DNA of 60,530 nt, filler included. It is 5 parts of 5 records of this genome, joined end to end, with 100 filler letters (N's around TTAATTAATTAA, not from the genome) between each part and the next. Parts side by side here need not be neighbours in the genome. Positions count along the whole stretch, not along the records: positions 15,514 to 32,805 come from SRR31156797_31048; 4 more parts are not named here. One strand, given 5' to 3'. Under the pieces are notes generated by a model, which worked only from the letters and a program-made list of their open reading frames with translations, was not told where the DNA came from and searched no databases. Below, piece after piece: positions 20,814-29,621 of the stretch. Positions within the stretch are counted from its first letter, which is position 1. Each line of letters starts with the position of its first letter. Made by a program: the position numbers and the translations under genes.

Positions 20814-21330
20814 TTATTTTTGATATCCGGCCCTGTGTAACGATTTTTTAACATTACCGATCATAGTATTGACCCATTTGAAAACACCAAACTCATCATA
20901 CCCGTTTTCCGTACGGAAAATAATAGGTTCATGCTCGCAGTCAGCATCCTCGACACCAGGGAAGCAATTGAGGCCGTCTGATACCACCAGTGCATAAAGA
21001 CTAAGGTGTTTCTTGGCCCACTTTGTCAGTTCGTCCTTTGTGAACCCGGCAACCTGACTCAAACGCATTTTAACAGGGTGCCCTTCTTCGGTTAAAGAAA
21101 TTGATGCCACAAATGGGCTTTTGCCTGTTGCCCCACGACCTCGAACTCCATCGTTTTTCTTGCCGCTCCAATACGCGTCGTCGATAACCACCAGCTCATT
21201 CAATGGTTGGGAATCATCCCTTTCCTTCATTGCCTGCTGGAGCTTATGTTTAATGCGCAGTGCTGTATTGGCAGATACTCCAAGGGTGCGGCCAAGATGT
21301 AATGCAGAGATACCGGTTTTGGTCTTGGTT
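20814..21330 (-). pseudogene. IS1595-family transposase internal fragment
   Basis: KTGISALHLGRTLGVS...KHKLQQAMKERD...IDDAYW...RGRG...K-x-PFVA, VSDGL, WVNTMIGN; both ends missing. Confidence 0.8.
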
Positions 21331-21427
21331 GATTATGACATAGCGGGTTTATCATATAGTGACTGACCTGCAAAATAAATGCGGCTGAAGTTCAGTGGTA
21401 ATCAAAAATTATTTAGTCGAATAAAGA

Positions 21428-22071
21428 AACCCTTGGCCTTCGGCCAAGGTCAGAGTTCATAGGCTTTGCCGTATGGACGACTCATTGCTAAATCTTTCTC
21501 TATGTTGTCCCCACAACGTAGAAGAAGGAGAAAACAATGAGTCGATTCCGAAAGTTATCATAAATTATATAGCACTGCCAGTACCACATAGTTTTCGTCC
21601 TAAATATCGATTCAAGATAGTAGTAAGTGATGTAGCCAATGAGGTAGAGAGGTGTATCAGGGCGTTTGCCGAGCAACAACAAGCAGAGATTGTAGAACTT
21701 AATATCCAGTTGGATCATGTTCATCTGCTGGTCAATGTACCTCCGAAGGTCTCGATATCGAATTTTGTAGGAACGTTAAAAGGCAGAACAGCGATTCGAA
21801 TATTGAACAAGTTCCGTAACCTGAAGAACAAGCCCTATTGCGGTAATCACTTTTGGCCCCGCGGTTACAGTGTTGATGCCGTTGGTTTTGATGCTGAAAT
21901 GATAAGGAAATATGTCAAGTATCAGGATGAACGGGATAGCGTACACGAACAACGTCGTTTATTTTAACAAAAAATGGAGGCAATTCCCTTTGCCTCTTCA
22001 AGGGGCAAAGCAGTTTGTCCCTTTTTAGGGGTTAACCAATACCGGCCTCTCTAGGGTCGGTTGTTTGTTCA
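21428..22071 (+). mobile_element. IS200/IS605-family element (tnpA only), defective
   Basis: Left hairpin CCTTGGCC-TTC-GGCCAAGG 21431-21449; right hairpin ACCGGCC...GGTCGGT 22041-22061. Confidence 0.75.
21537..21967 (+). pseudogene. tnpA: IS200 TnpA (Y1 HUH transposase) pseudogene
   Basis: SD GAAGGAG and ATG 21537 give MSRFRKLS*II*HCQYHIV (two stops, then a frameshift to PKYRF); DHVHLL HUH motif and KYVKYQ catalytic Tyr. Confidence 0.88.
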
Positions 22072-22106
22072 TTATATCAACTTGTTATAGTGACAGTACC
22101 ATTGAG
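22071..22106 (+). repeat. 36-bp imperfect direct repeat, copy 1 (contains IHF consensus)
   Basis: ATTATATCAACTTGTTATAGTGACAGTACCATTGAG; 29/36 identical to 29586-29621. Confidence 0.6.
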
Positions 22107-22371
22107 AGGGTGCGAAAGAAATTGGGTTCAAGCCCCCTTACACTTGAGGCCTTAGATATTCATAGAACTGAAGATTGCCCTAGTGTGCTTTACCCATGAA
22201 GATGAAATTTTACTGACATTAAATTCACGCACGATAAGCTTTTCAACCTACCATTCCTTGTACATGAGTTCTAAAACCTGCTTAGGACCTTAAACAAAAT
22301 GAGGGGACCAGCAACACTTGCTAATCCCCTTATCTATTAACTGGTAACTATGTTTTTTGCTGTCGCAAACG

Positions 22372-22761
22372 TTACTTCTTATAGTTTGGGTAGTCGAATG
22401 AGTGGCAACCTGCACAAAGTGGCTTTCTTTCCTGATGTTCCCCATGACATTCCATGCAGGGCACCTCTTTGCCGTAATGTAGATTATTGTGAGGGTTCTG
22501 CCATTTTTCATCTTCTGGTCTGGCCGTTGCTTCAACCAACTCATCACCATCATGACACTCAAGACAGGAAAAATCACCAGGAAAGGTTACAGGCTCAGCT
22601 TGCGCGTGGCAAGAGTCGCATGAGTTGTCGGCGTACAGGTCAGCGTGATAGCTTCTTCCCTTGGTGTTATCAAACTGCTGGAGAGTTTCACCGCCAATAA
22701 CTACCCCCGCTACAAGAAGGGCTAGTGTTGTTAAAAACAGTATTTTAATTTGAGATTTCAT
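22372..22761 (-). CDS. Periplasmic tetraheme cytochrome c
   Basis: Sec-type signal; four CxxCH motifs (CDSCH, CLECH, CMECH, CAGCH); NPHNNLHYG. Confidence 0.93.
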   Translation of the reverse strand: MKSQIKILFLTTLALLVAGVVIGGETLQQFDNTKGRSYHADLYADNSCDSCHAQAEPVTFPGDFSCLECHDGDELVEATARPEDEKWQNPHNNLHYGKEVPCMECHGEHQERKPLCAGCHSFDYPNYKK

Positions 22762-22784
22762 TTTTTCTCCCTTTTAAGCAAAAA

Positions 22785-24311
22785 TCATGTATTCATCATG
22801 GTTCTAACAGCCGTCATGCCCATAACCATACAGTCTGGGATTGAGCAGCTTCCAAGTCGGCTCACTCCGTGCATACCACCTGTAACCTCACCCCCGGCGT
22901 AAAGGCCAGCAACAGGCTTCCAATCAACTGAACTTAAAACACGTGCCTGGAGATCGATCTTAACACCACCCTGACAGTAGTGAACCTTGGGCCAGTTACG
23001 AACAACAACAAAAGGGGCCTCGATAAACTTACCTTTAGCTTTTTTCATCGGCTTGCCGAACTGCTCATCCACACCGGATTTTACATACCCGTTGTACTCT
23101 TCGATCTGGGCTTTAAGTGGCTTAAGAGGAACCTTGAAATGATTGGCAAGTTCTTCAATGGTGTCAAATTTCCAACCCACCTTGTACTTGAGCACTTTTT
23201 TCATGGTTGGATGCTCTTTCGCATGCTTGTAACTGGTGATGGTGATCGGTGGCAGTGGATCACCGTTATCATCACGGCATCCCAACTGTGCGTCAGAGCG
23301 GGTTTTACGGTCAGCAATTTCGTTCATGAAGCGCTGGCCGGTTTTGGTGTATATTGAAATGGAATGGGCGAAGTTATAGATGGAGTAGTTGGAAACATAA
23401 CCAAAACCATCTTCATCGGGAGATGCCCAAGGGCCAGTTTGGATATGGGCCATATGGACAGGAATTGCGCCAGCCTTGAACATTTCCAATAGTGCTTCAC
23501 CGGTCGCACTAGGTGGATTGGTGGACGGAACCTCAGCGGTCAAAGTTGGATCCTGAGCCTTTCGCAGCTCAACGTTTCGTGCAAATCCACCGGTGGCCAT
23601 CAGTACCCCGCGCTTGGCTTTAATATTTACTGGCGTACCTTCTACCCCCCTGCCAAAGTAGTGGCCCATCAACATTTTTACACCAACAACAGCTCCTTGA
23701 TCGTCAAAAATAAGACTGTCAAACTTGGCACGGGTAACCATCTTTACACCGAGCTTCTTACACTGTTTTACCAGCGGCTGAACAATACCAGCCCCACTTG
23801 CGACAGTGGTTTGATAGGTTCTTGGGACAGAGTGACCGCCCAATTGCTGAAGATATGGAAAGTATTCACTTCCAGCATCAAGTGTCATCTGCAGTGCTTC
23901 ACCGGCATGCTTTGCCACATGGAGCAGGAGATCTTTATCAGCTATCCCGCGACCAGCCTTGACTTGATCTGCTGTCATTATTTCCGGTGAATCCTTAACG
24001 CCTTCCTTTTTCTGCAACGGGGAGGCGGGTACTGCAAATAGTCCACCATTATAGGTTGAGTTTCCACCGTAATAGGGCATTTTGTCGTATACAACAACGT
24101 CTTTTGCCCCAAGTTTTTTTGCTTCGATTGCTGCTGCCAACCCTGTGAATCCAGAACCGATAATAACTATATCGTGTTCTTCTGCCCACTGAGTAGAATT
24201 GTCCGCAGCCATGACTTTTATCGCTGGTGCAGCAACAGTTGCTGCTCCTGCAACCCCCAACCCGACCAAAAACTTCCTTCGATCAGCTTGATATCCTGAC
24301 TCTTTTCCCAT
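22785..24311 (-). CDS. Tat-exported flavocytochrome c flavin subunit (Fcc3/methacrylate-acrylate reductase-like)
   Basis: SD GAGGTG and ATG 24311; DRRKFL twin-Arg; IIGSGFTGLAAA FAD motif; IQTGPW, ADRK, KVHYCQGG, GMHGVSRLGS. Confidence 0.9.
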   Translation of the reverse strand: MGKESGYQADRRKFLVGLGVAGAATVAAPAIKVMAADNSTQWAEEHDIVIIGSGFTGLAAAIEAKKLGAKDVVVYDKMPYYGGNSTYNGGLFAVPASPLQKKEGVKDSPEIMTADQVKAGRGIADKDLLLHVAKHAGEALQMTLDAGSEYFPYLQQLGGHSVPRTYQTTVASGAGIVQPLVKQCKKLGVKMVTRAKFDSLIFDDQGAVVGVKMLMGHYFGRGVEGTPVNIKAKRGVLMATGGFARNVELRKAQDPTLTAEVPSTNPPSATGEALLEMFKAGAIPVHMAHIQTGPWASPDEDGFGYVSNYSIYNFAHSISIYTKTGQRFMNEIADRKTRSDAQLGCRDDNGDPLPPITITSYKHAKEHPTMKKVLKYKVGWKFDTIEELANHFKVPLKPLKAQIEEYNGYVKSGVDEQFGKPMKKAKGKFIEAPFVVVRNWPKVHYCQGGVKIDLQARVLSSVDWKPVAGLYAGGEVTGGMHGVSRLGSCSIPDCMVMGMTAVRTMMNT

Positions 24312-24531
24312 GATTTCACCTCGTTTGTTGTGGATGCTTTTTGGCCCTTGCTGATGGTTACACATAGCAAAAACCCAAAACTCTATATGGGCTGGACTAT
24401 ATCCTGACGTGATAAGGGGGTGTAGGGGAGAGATCGGGGTTTTATCGGGTAAAAAAGCATACCCGACCAAGAGTGTTGAGGTAGAAAATTACCAGTGACG
24501 GGTGGTTTGTTACTTAAGCAGCCTTGTAATG

Positions 24532-25965
24532 TTAGCGAGCTGTTTCTGCAGCTTTTTTCCCTGCAATTCGACCAAAAACCAAGCACTCAACAATGGAATT
24601 GCTTCCAAGCCTGCTGGCTCCGTGGATACCGCCGGTCACTTCACCGGCTGCAAAAAGACCGGGGATGGATACTCCATCGGTAAGACGCAGGACCATAGCG
24701 TCTGTGTTAATTCTCACACCACCCATGCAGTAGTGAACTTTGGGAAGGAGGCGTATTGAATAAAATGGAGGCTTTTCGATCGGTTTCAAATCATCGGGTA
24801 TTGGCTTGCCGAATTCTGTGTCACTTCCATGGAGAAGATGCAGTTTATATATCTCAAGGGATTCCTTCAGAGGTTGCAGTGGGATCATATTAAATGACGC
24901 AAGCTCTTCTATGGAATCAAAGGCATGGACAACTTTTCGTTTCAAACATTTTTCCAGGGTGGTCGCATGCTGTACCCCCTCTGAATCAACGATGGCAATA
25001 GGTGTACGGTCACTCATAAGCATCGCATCAGTCCGAAGTCGCCTATCAGACATTTCGTTAACAAATCGCTTACCAGTGTTGGCATCCACCATAATACCGT
25101 AGGGAAACCCAGCCAGCAAAGTGAACATGGAACCAACGCCCCAGCCTTTTTCTTCAAATGAGGCCCATGGGCCAAGCTGTACCCAGCACAGTTGAAGTGG
25201 AGTTGCACCTACCTCAAGGGCAGCGATCAAGCCTTCAGCGGTTGCGCCGCCATGATTTGTGCTATCCACATTCTCCGTAAGCCTTGGATCCTGGATTCGT
25301 CTGAAAGCCAAGTCATTGGAAAAACCACCGGTTGCAAGCACCACCCCTTGCCGTGCCTTTATTTGTTTCAAAACTCCAGATTCAGGATTAGAAAAATGAT
25401 AGCCGGAACGGACCAAAACACCTTCGACGCCACCGTTTTCATCGGTGAGCAGCTGGGTTAACTGGGTTTTCATCCGCACTTCAATCCCAAGGGAGCGGCA
25501 TTTTGCGAGCATCGGCTGGATGAGACCTGAACCAGTTCCTTTTTTTGTAATATAAGTGCGGGCAACGGAATGCCCGCCAAGGTGATTAAGAGAGTCCTTG
25601 TATTCAACACCGAGGTAGTCCACAGTCCAATCTAGTGTTTCCACTGATTGCTCTGTTACCAGTTTGGCAAGTTCACGGTGGTTCAGTCCGGTTCCAGCTT
25701 TCAGCATGTCGCTCAGCATGAGTCCGGGGCTGTCAGTTATTCCTTTACGGGCTTGCAGCTTTGACCCTGCAGCAGCAAAAAGCCCGCCGCAGATTGCGGA
25801 ATTCCCTCCAGGTGTCCGCATCTTTTCCAACACAAGTACATCACTTCCGAAAAGCCGTGCTTCTATTGCTGCGGCTAGACCTGCAAACCCAGACCCGATA
25901 ACAATTACATCGCGCTCTTCATCCCACACTCTGTTTTCCACTACAGATGATCCTCCGTTACTCAA
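24532..25965 (-). CDS. Flavocytochrome c flavin-subunit paralogue without signal peptide (cytoplasmic)
   Basis: VIGSGFAGLAAA about 20 aa from the N-terminus; VQLGPW, SDRR, KVHYCMGG, GIHGASRLGS; upstream gene ends 3 nt before the ATG. Confidence 0.88.
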   Translation of the reverse strand: MSNGGSSVVENRVWDEERDVIVIGSGFAGLAAAIEARLFGSDVLVLEKMRTPGGNSAICGGLFAAAGSKLQARKGITDSPGLMLSDMLKAGTGLNHRELAKLVTEQSVETLDWTVDYLGVEYKDSLNHLGGHSVARTYITKKGTGSGLIQPMLAKCRSLGIEVRMKTQLTQLLTDENGGVEGVLVRSGYHFSNPESGVLKQIKARQGVVLATGGFSNDLAFRRIQDPRLTENVDSTNHGGATAEGLIAALEVGATPLQLCWVQLGPWASFEEKGWGVGSMFTLLAGFPYGIMVDANTGKRFVNEMSDRRLRTDAMLMSDRTPIAIVDSEGVQHATTLEKCLKRKVVHAFDSIEELASFNMIPLQPLKESLEIYKLHLLHGSDTEFGKPIPDDLKPIEKPPFYSIRLLPKVHYCMGGVRINTDAMVLRLTDGVSIPGLFAAGEVTGGIHGASRLGSNSIVECLVFGRIAGKKAAETAR

Positions 25966-25968
25966 TGG

Positions 25969-27633
25969 CTATAAAACCCGTTCCGTAAGAAATGAGTGTA
26001 AGTTAATATCCTTACCTCGTAGGCCAAGCTTTTTACGAATATTTTTTCGGTGGGTCTGGATTGTTTCAAATGATACATTCATTGCTTCACAAATCTCCTT
26101 ACCTGTCAAACCGGCTTTAATGAAACGACACACCTTGATTTCTGTTTTACTCAGCTTCAGAAGATCCCCATCAGGTACTGCAGTAAAATCAAGGGTCAGG
26201 GCTATCATTTGTTCCTGTAACACAGACAGATAACCAGCGCGGCTATCTTTGTCAGGTTCCTGAAGAATTCGAGCAATGGTTGGCAGAAGCGATGAGCGAA
26301 TGCGGGTGGAGAGGTTTTCTTCAAATTCCCGTTTTTCACTTTCTATTGATTTCAGCACATTTTTCAATGTTACATTCATCTCTTCAGCGTGCTGCTTTTG
26401 GGTAATGATATCAGTTTCAAGCTCCTTTTGTCTGGTAATATCCCAGATGGTGATCGGCCAAAATTGCTTATCATCAAGGTGCATGGAGGTCACAGTTACT
26501 CGTGATGGAAACTCCCTACCATCCACATAGAGGCTTGTACACTCAATGCTCTCAATTTCACCCTCTTCAAGAGTGTTACAGATAGACTCCATGGCCTTCA
26601 GCCCCTGCTCATCGGTTAAAGTATGGTAATCACTGCCCATGAGAACCTCAGGAGGGATTCCATACATCTCACTGGCCGTCCTGTTTGCCTGGATAATCTC
26701 AAGGTCTTTGTCCAGTAAGAGTATTCCTTTTCCTATGGAGTGAAAAATGGAATCAAGAAGCTTTTCTGACTTTGCTAGTGCCCTGGTGCGCTCAACAACC
26801 CGTTGCTCAAGCATCTGCCTATGATCTACAGTACACGTAATATCACTTAAAATAAGCAGCAACCCTTTGGCAAGGGGGTAACTTTTTGACAGAAGTCTGA
26901 TTTCAAGAGTAAACACCCTTTTTGCCCCATGTAAGAGAAAAGAAATTTCGTGAGGTTTGCCAGGCAGGTAGTTATCTAGAAGTTGCTCCATATCATTTGC
27001 GATCCGCAGCAAATTCCCACAAAAAGCCCCAGGTATTTTTTCGCCTGAAAAGAAAATTTTTGCTGCCGGGTTCACCTCGGTGACAACACCGTGCTCGTCT
27101 GTAATGAGAACAAGGTTGGAGGTTGATTCAAAGGTATTCTTATAAGCGGTATTGACTTGAGTATTTTTTAACCAGGTTGCCTGCTGTTGCTTGAGCATTT
27201 TTTGGTGATCATTGGCCGCTACTCTGGAGAGGAGCGTTGTTTCGATGCAGTCGGTTACTTTATGTAGGATTGTCACTTCCACAAACTTTTTATGGTTTGT
27301 AGTGACGCACCTTTCGATAAAGGTCTCAAGAGTGAGTCGTAGTGTTTTCACCCAGTGAACAACCTGGGATAAGCGGTAACCCTCGGTGTGTAGATCAGCT
27401 GAGAGGGCGTTAAAGAATTGAATCTCATTAGCCAGGATAGTCGGTGTAACTTTTCCATCGCGGCAAGGGCCTTTAATCTCTTTTAAACAAGAAATCAGAT
27501 GTAAGAAAGCATTGGTGACCACACCATGAGAGATGCTGGCAATAGGTACTGCGGTGTTTTGGTACTCAAACTGCCAAACCTGCATTATTTCTGAGAGTCT
27601 ACTCTCTAAATCTCTCTCAATTTCGGGGATCAC
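25969..27633 (-). CDS. PAS-domain LuxR-family transcriptional regulator
   Basis: Two PAS-like domains, S-helix LEQRVVERTRAL, C-terminal LuxR HTH LSKTEIKV...SFETIQTHRKNIRKKLG. Confidence 0.88.
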   Translation of the reverse strand: MIPEIERDLESRLSEIMQVWQFEYQNTAVPIASISHGVVTNAFLHLISCLKEIKGPCRDGKVTPTILANEIQFFNALSADLHTEGYRLSQVVHWVKTLRLTLETFIERCVTTNHKKFVEVTILHKVTDCIETTLLSRVAANDHQKMLKQQQATWLKNTQVNTAYKNTFESTSNLVLITDEHGVVTEVNPAAKIFFSGEKIPGAFCGNLLRIANDMEQLLDNYLPGKPHEISFLLHGAKRVFTLEIRLLSKSYPLAKGLLLILSDITCTVDHRQMLEQRVVERTRALAKSEKLLDSIFHSIGKGILLLDKDLEIIQANRTASEMYGIPPEVLMGSDYHTLTDEQGLKAMESICNTLEEGEIESIECTSLYVDGREFPSRVTVTSMHLDDKQFWPITIWDITRQKELETDIITQKQHAEEMNVTLKNVLKSIESEKREFEENLSTRIRSSLLPTIARILQEPDKDSRAGYLSVLQEQMIALTLDFTAVPDGDLLKLSKTEIKVCRFIKAGLTGKEICEAMNVSFETIQTHRKNIRKKLGLRGKDINLHSFLTERVL

Positions 27634-27791
27634 TTAGAATGTTTCCTTTTGGTTGTGAGGTTGAGTAGTCCCAATTAAGGGGGCGGGTGAGTTTCAGTAC
27701 TTTCAGTAATAATGGGTTGTGGGGGAATTATGATCTTGGCTGTTTACGACCAGAACCGGTAGCTGGACTTGATCAAAGGGTTAGATTTTAT

Positions 27792-27820
27792 AAAAAAGGG
27801 CCGGTATCTAAACCGGCCCT
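27792..27820 (-). terminator. Rho-independent terminator after acuI
   Basis: Minus strand: AGGGCCGGT-TTAGAT-ACCGGCCCT followed by a T run. Confidence 0.75.
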
Positions 27821-27847
27821 GATACTGTTGAGTGTTCTACTTGGGGC

Positions 27848-28852
27848 TTACTTGCTCACCTTCACAATTGCACGACCACGGTTTTTACCTTGGAGGATCA
27901 TGTCAATACGCTCGTCCAGTGCTTCCAGGTCTTCCAGTTCGGTGGTAATTTTATCCAGGTAATCAAGCTTCCAGTCAGAAGCAATTTTATTCCACACTGC
28001 CATACGGGTATCAACCGGGCAGTTCACTGAATCGATCCCAAGCAGAGAGACCCCGTTCAGGATAAAAGGATAAATGGAGGATTCCAGTTCTGCAGATCCT
28101 ACGTTACCGCAGCAGGTTACAGAACCACCGTACTTGGTTGTTTTAATAGCTGTTGAGAGAATGTTGCCAGCAACGGTGTCAATGGCACCAGCCCAACGGG
28201 GCTTAAGAATTGGTCGGCCACTCTTATCATCGGCTTCTTCAATGGAGATAACTTCTTTTACACCCAGCTCAAGCAGGTATTCCGTCTCATCTTTGAGCCC
28301 GTTCACCGCAATCACCTCGTAACCGGATTTAACCAGGATAGAAACCGCGATGCTTCCAACACCACCGGTGGCACCAGTTACCAGTACCGGCCCATCTTCA
28401 GGCTTAACTCCGTTGTTGATCATTTTGTAGCAAGAAAGAGCTGCGGTAAAACCAGCCGTTCCGTACACCATGGACTCACGAAGGGTGAGATTTTCAGGTA
28501 GCTTTACTATCCAGTGCGCTGGTACGCGGATATATTCCTGGTATCCACCAGAGTGGTTCATGCCCAGATCATAACCGGTGATGAGTACCTCTTCACCGGG
28601 GGTGAACTTCGGGTCATTACTCTCAACTACCTTACCTGCTGCATCAATGCCAGGGGTATGTGGGTAATAACGACTTACGCCCTTGTTACCGGTTGCTGAG
28701 AGCGCGTCCTTGTAGTTGAGGGAAGAGTATTGAACCTTTATGATCACATCGCCTTCTGGGAGGTCATTGATTTCTTTTTGGGTGATTTCACGGGTAAAAG
28801 TCTTGTCTTTGCCTTCGGTGACTATCATTGCTCTAAATGCCAGGTTTTCCAT
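27848..28852 (-). CDS. acuI: YhdH/YhfP-family MDR oxidoreductase (acryloyl-CoA reductase AcuI-like)
   Basis: YSSLNYKDAL, PGIDAAG, GTAGFTAA, VTGATGGVGS, PFIL-x-GVSLLGIDSV. Confidence 0.8.
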   Translation of the reverse strand: MENLAFRAMIVTEGKDKTFTREITQKEINDLPEGDVIIKVQYSSLNYKDALSATGNKGVSRYYPHTPGIDAAGKVVESNDPKFTPGEEVLITGYDLGMNHSGGYQEYIRVPAHWIVKLPENLTLRESMVYGTAGFTAALSCYKMINNGVKPEDGPVLVTGATGGVGSIAVSILVKSGYEVIAVNGLKDETEYLLELGVKEVISIEEADDKSGRPILKPRWAGAIDTVAGNILSTAIKTTKYGGSVTCCGNVGSAELESSIYPFILNGVSLLGIDSVNCPVDTRMAVWNKIASDWKLDYLDKITTELEDLEALDERIDMILQGKNRGRAIVKVSK

Positions 28853-28878
28853 AATCAGCTCCTCATTGTGTTTGTGTG

Positions 28879-28898
28879 ATATGACCAGTCGTCTTGAA
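28879..28898. promoter_or_regulatory. TetR operator upstream of acuI
   Basis: ATATGACCAGTCGTCTTGAA, 19/20 identical to 29531-29550. Confidence 0.8.
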
Positions 28899-28942
28899 CT
28901 AAGGTGAAGTTCGGTATTTTTAAAAACTGCTTAATTTTTGGG

Positions 28943-29521
28943 TTATTTAAGAATGAAATCCCGCAGGCTATGTTGAAAGCTCAAAAGCGGTTTTTCGTTT
29001 TTATTAGCCTTCATTATTACCAAAGCGCCAAGCCAGCTGTTCCGCAGCAAGTCGGCAATTTGGTAAATATCGCTTTGTGGTGCCAGGTCGCCCTTGTCTT
29101 TGGCTTCCTGCAAACAATCAATAACTGGCTGGTACTCTTGTTCAAAGGCGCTGGCCGCCTCTGCAGCAATTACTTCACTGAGATCAGCCATCTCAAGGGT
29201 AATATTACAGAGAAAGCAACCAAAAGAATAACGCCCCTTGCTGATGAAATGCTCAATTTTCATCCGGTACAGGTTTTCAATCCGCTCAAGGGGCGGCGTT
29301 TGGACATCGGTGAGTATTTCTTCCATAACTGCCAGCTCTTTGGTAGTGAAATACTGCATGGCAGCAACGGCAAAATCTTCTTTTGAGCTGAAATAATTGT
29401 AAAAGCTTCCTTTAGGTATTCCGGCAGCATCGGTGATTTCTTTCACACCGGTTGCGTTGTACCCTTTACGGTAGAGTGCCCTTAAACCTTCTTTGATGAT
29501 GAGCAGTTTTTTCTCTTTCAT
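28943..29521 (-). CDS. TetR-family repressor (NemR/AcuR-like)
   Basis: KGYNATGVKEITDAAGIPKGSFYNYFSSKE HTH; GCFLCN motif. Confidence 0.92.
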   Translation of the reverse strand: MKEKKLLIIKEGLRALYRKGYNATGVKEITDAAGIPKGSFYNYFSSKEDFAVAAMQYFTTKELAVMEEILTDVQTPPLERIENLYRMKIEHFISKGRYSFGCFLCNITLEMADLSEVIAAEAASAFEQEYQPVIDCLQEAKDKGDLAPQSDIYQIADLLRNSWLGALVIMKANKNEKPLLSFQHSLRDFILK

Positions 29522-29527
29522 GCTGTT

Positions 29528-29556
29528 ATCATATGACCGGTCGTCTTGAAATGCAA
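29528..29556 (-). promoter_or_regulatory. Sigma70 promoter of tetR with operator in the spacer; likely leaderless transcript
   Basis: Minus strand: TTGCAT, 17 nt, TATGAT, 6 nt, ATG; operator ATATGACCGGTCGTCTTGAA at 29531-29550. Confidence 0.72.
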
Positions 29557-29585
29557 GAAGGTTTTTACTTTTTTTTTATTCACTT

Positions 29586-29621
29586 ATTATATCAACATGT
29601 TATATGCATAGTGCCGTTGAG
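29586..29621 (+). repeat. 36-bp imperfect direct repeat, copy 2 (contains IHF consensus)
   Basis: ATTATATCAACATGTTATATGCATAGTGCCGTTGAG. Confidence 0.6.

Noticed and set aside
21473-21967. 164-aa intact IS200 transposase as given in the ORF track
   Set aside because: The true N-terminus (MSRFRKLS, ATG 21537) is in another frame with two stops, so it is a pseudogene.
22785-25965. Calling the two flavoproteins fumarate reductases
   Set aside because: Both have Q-x-GPW rather than Q-x-HPT and so lack the His that binds the second carboxylate of fumarate.
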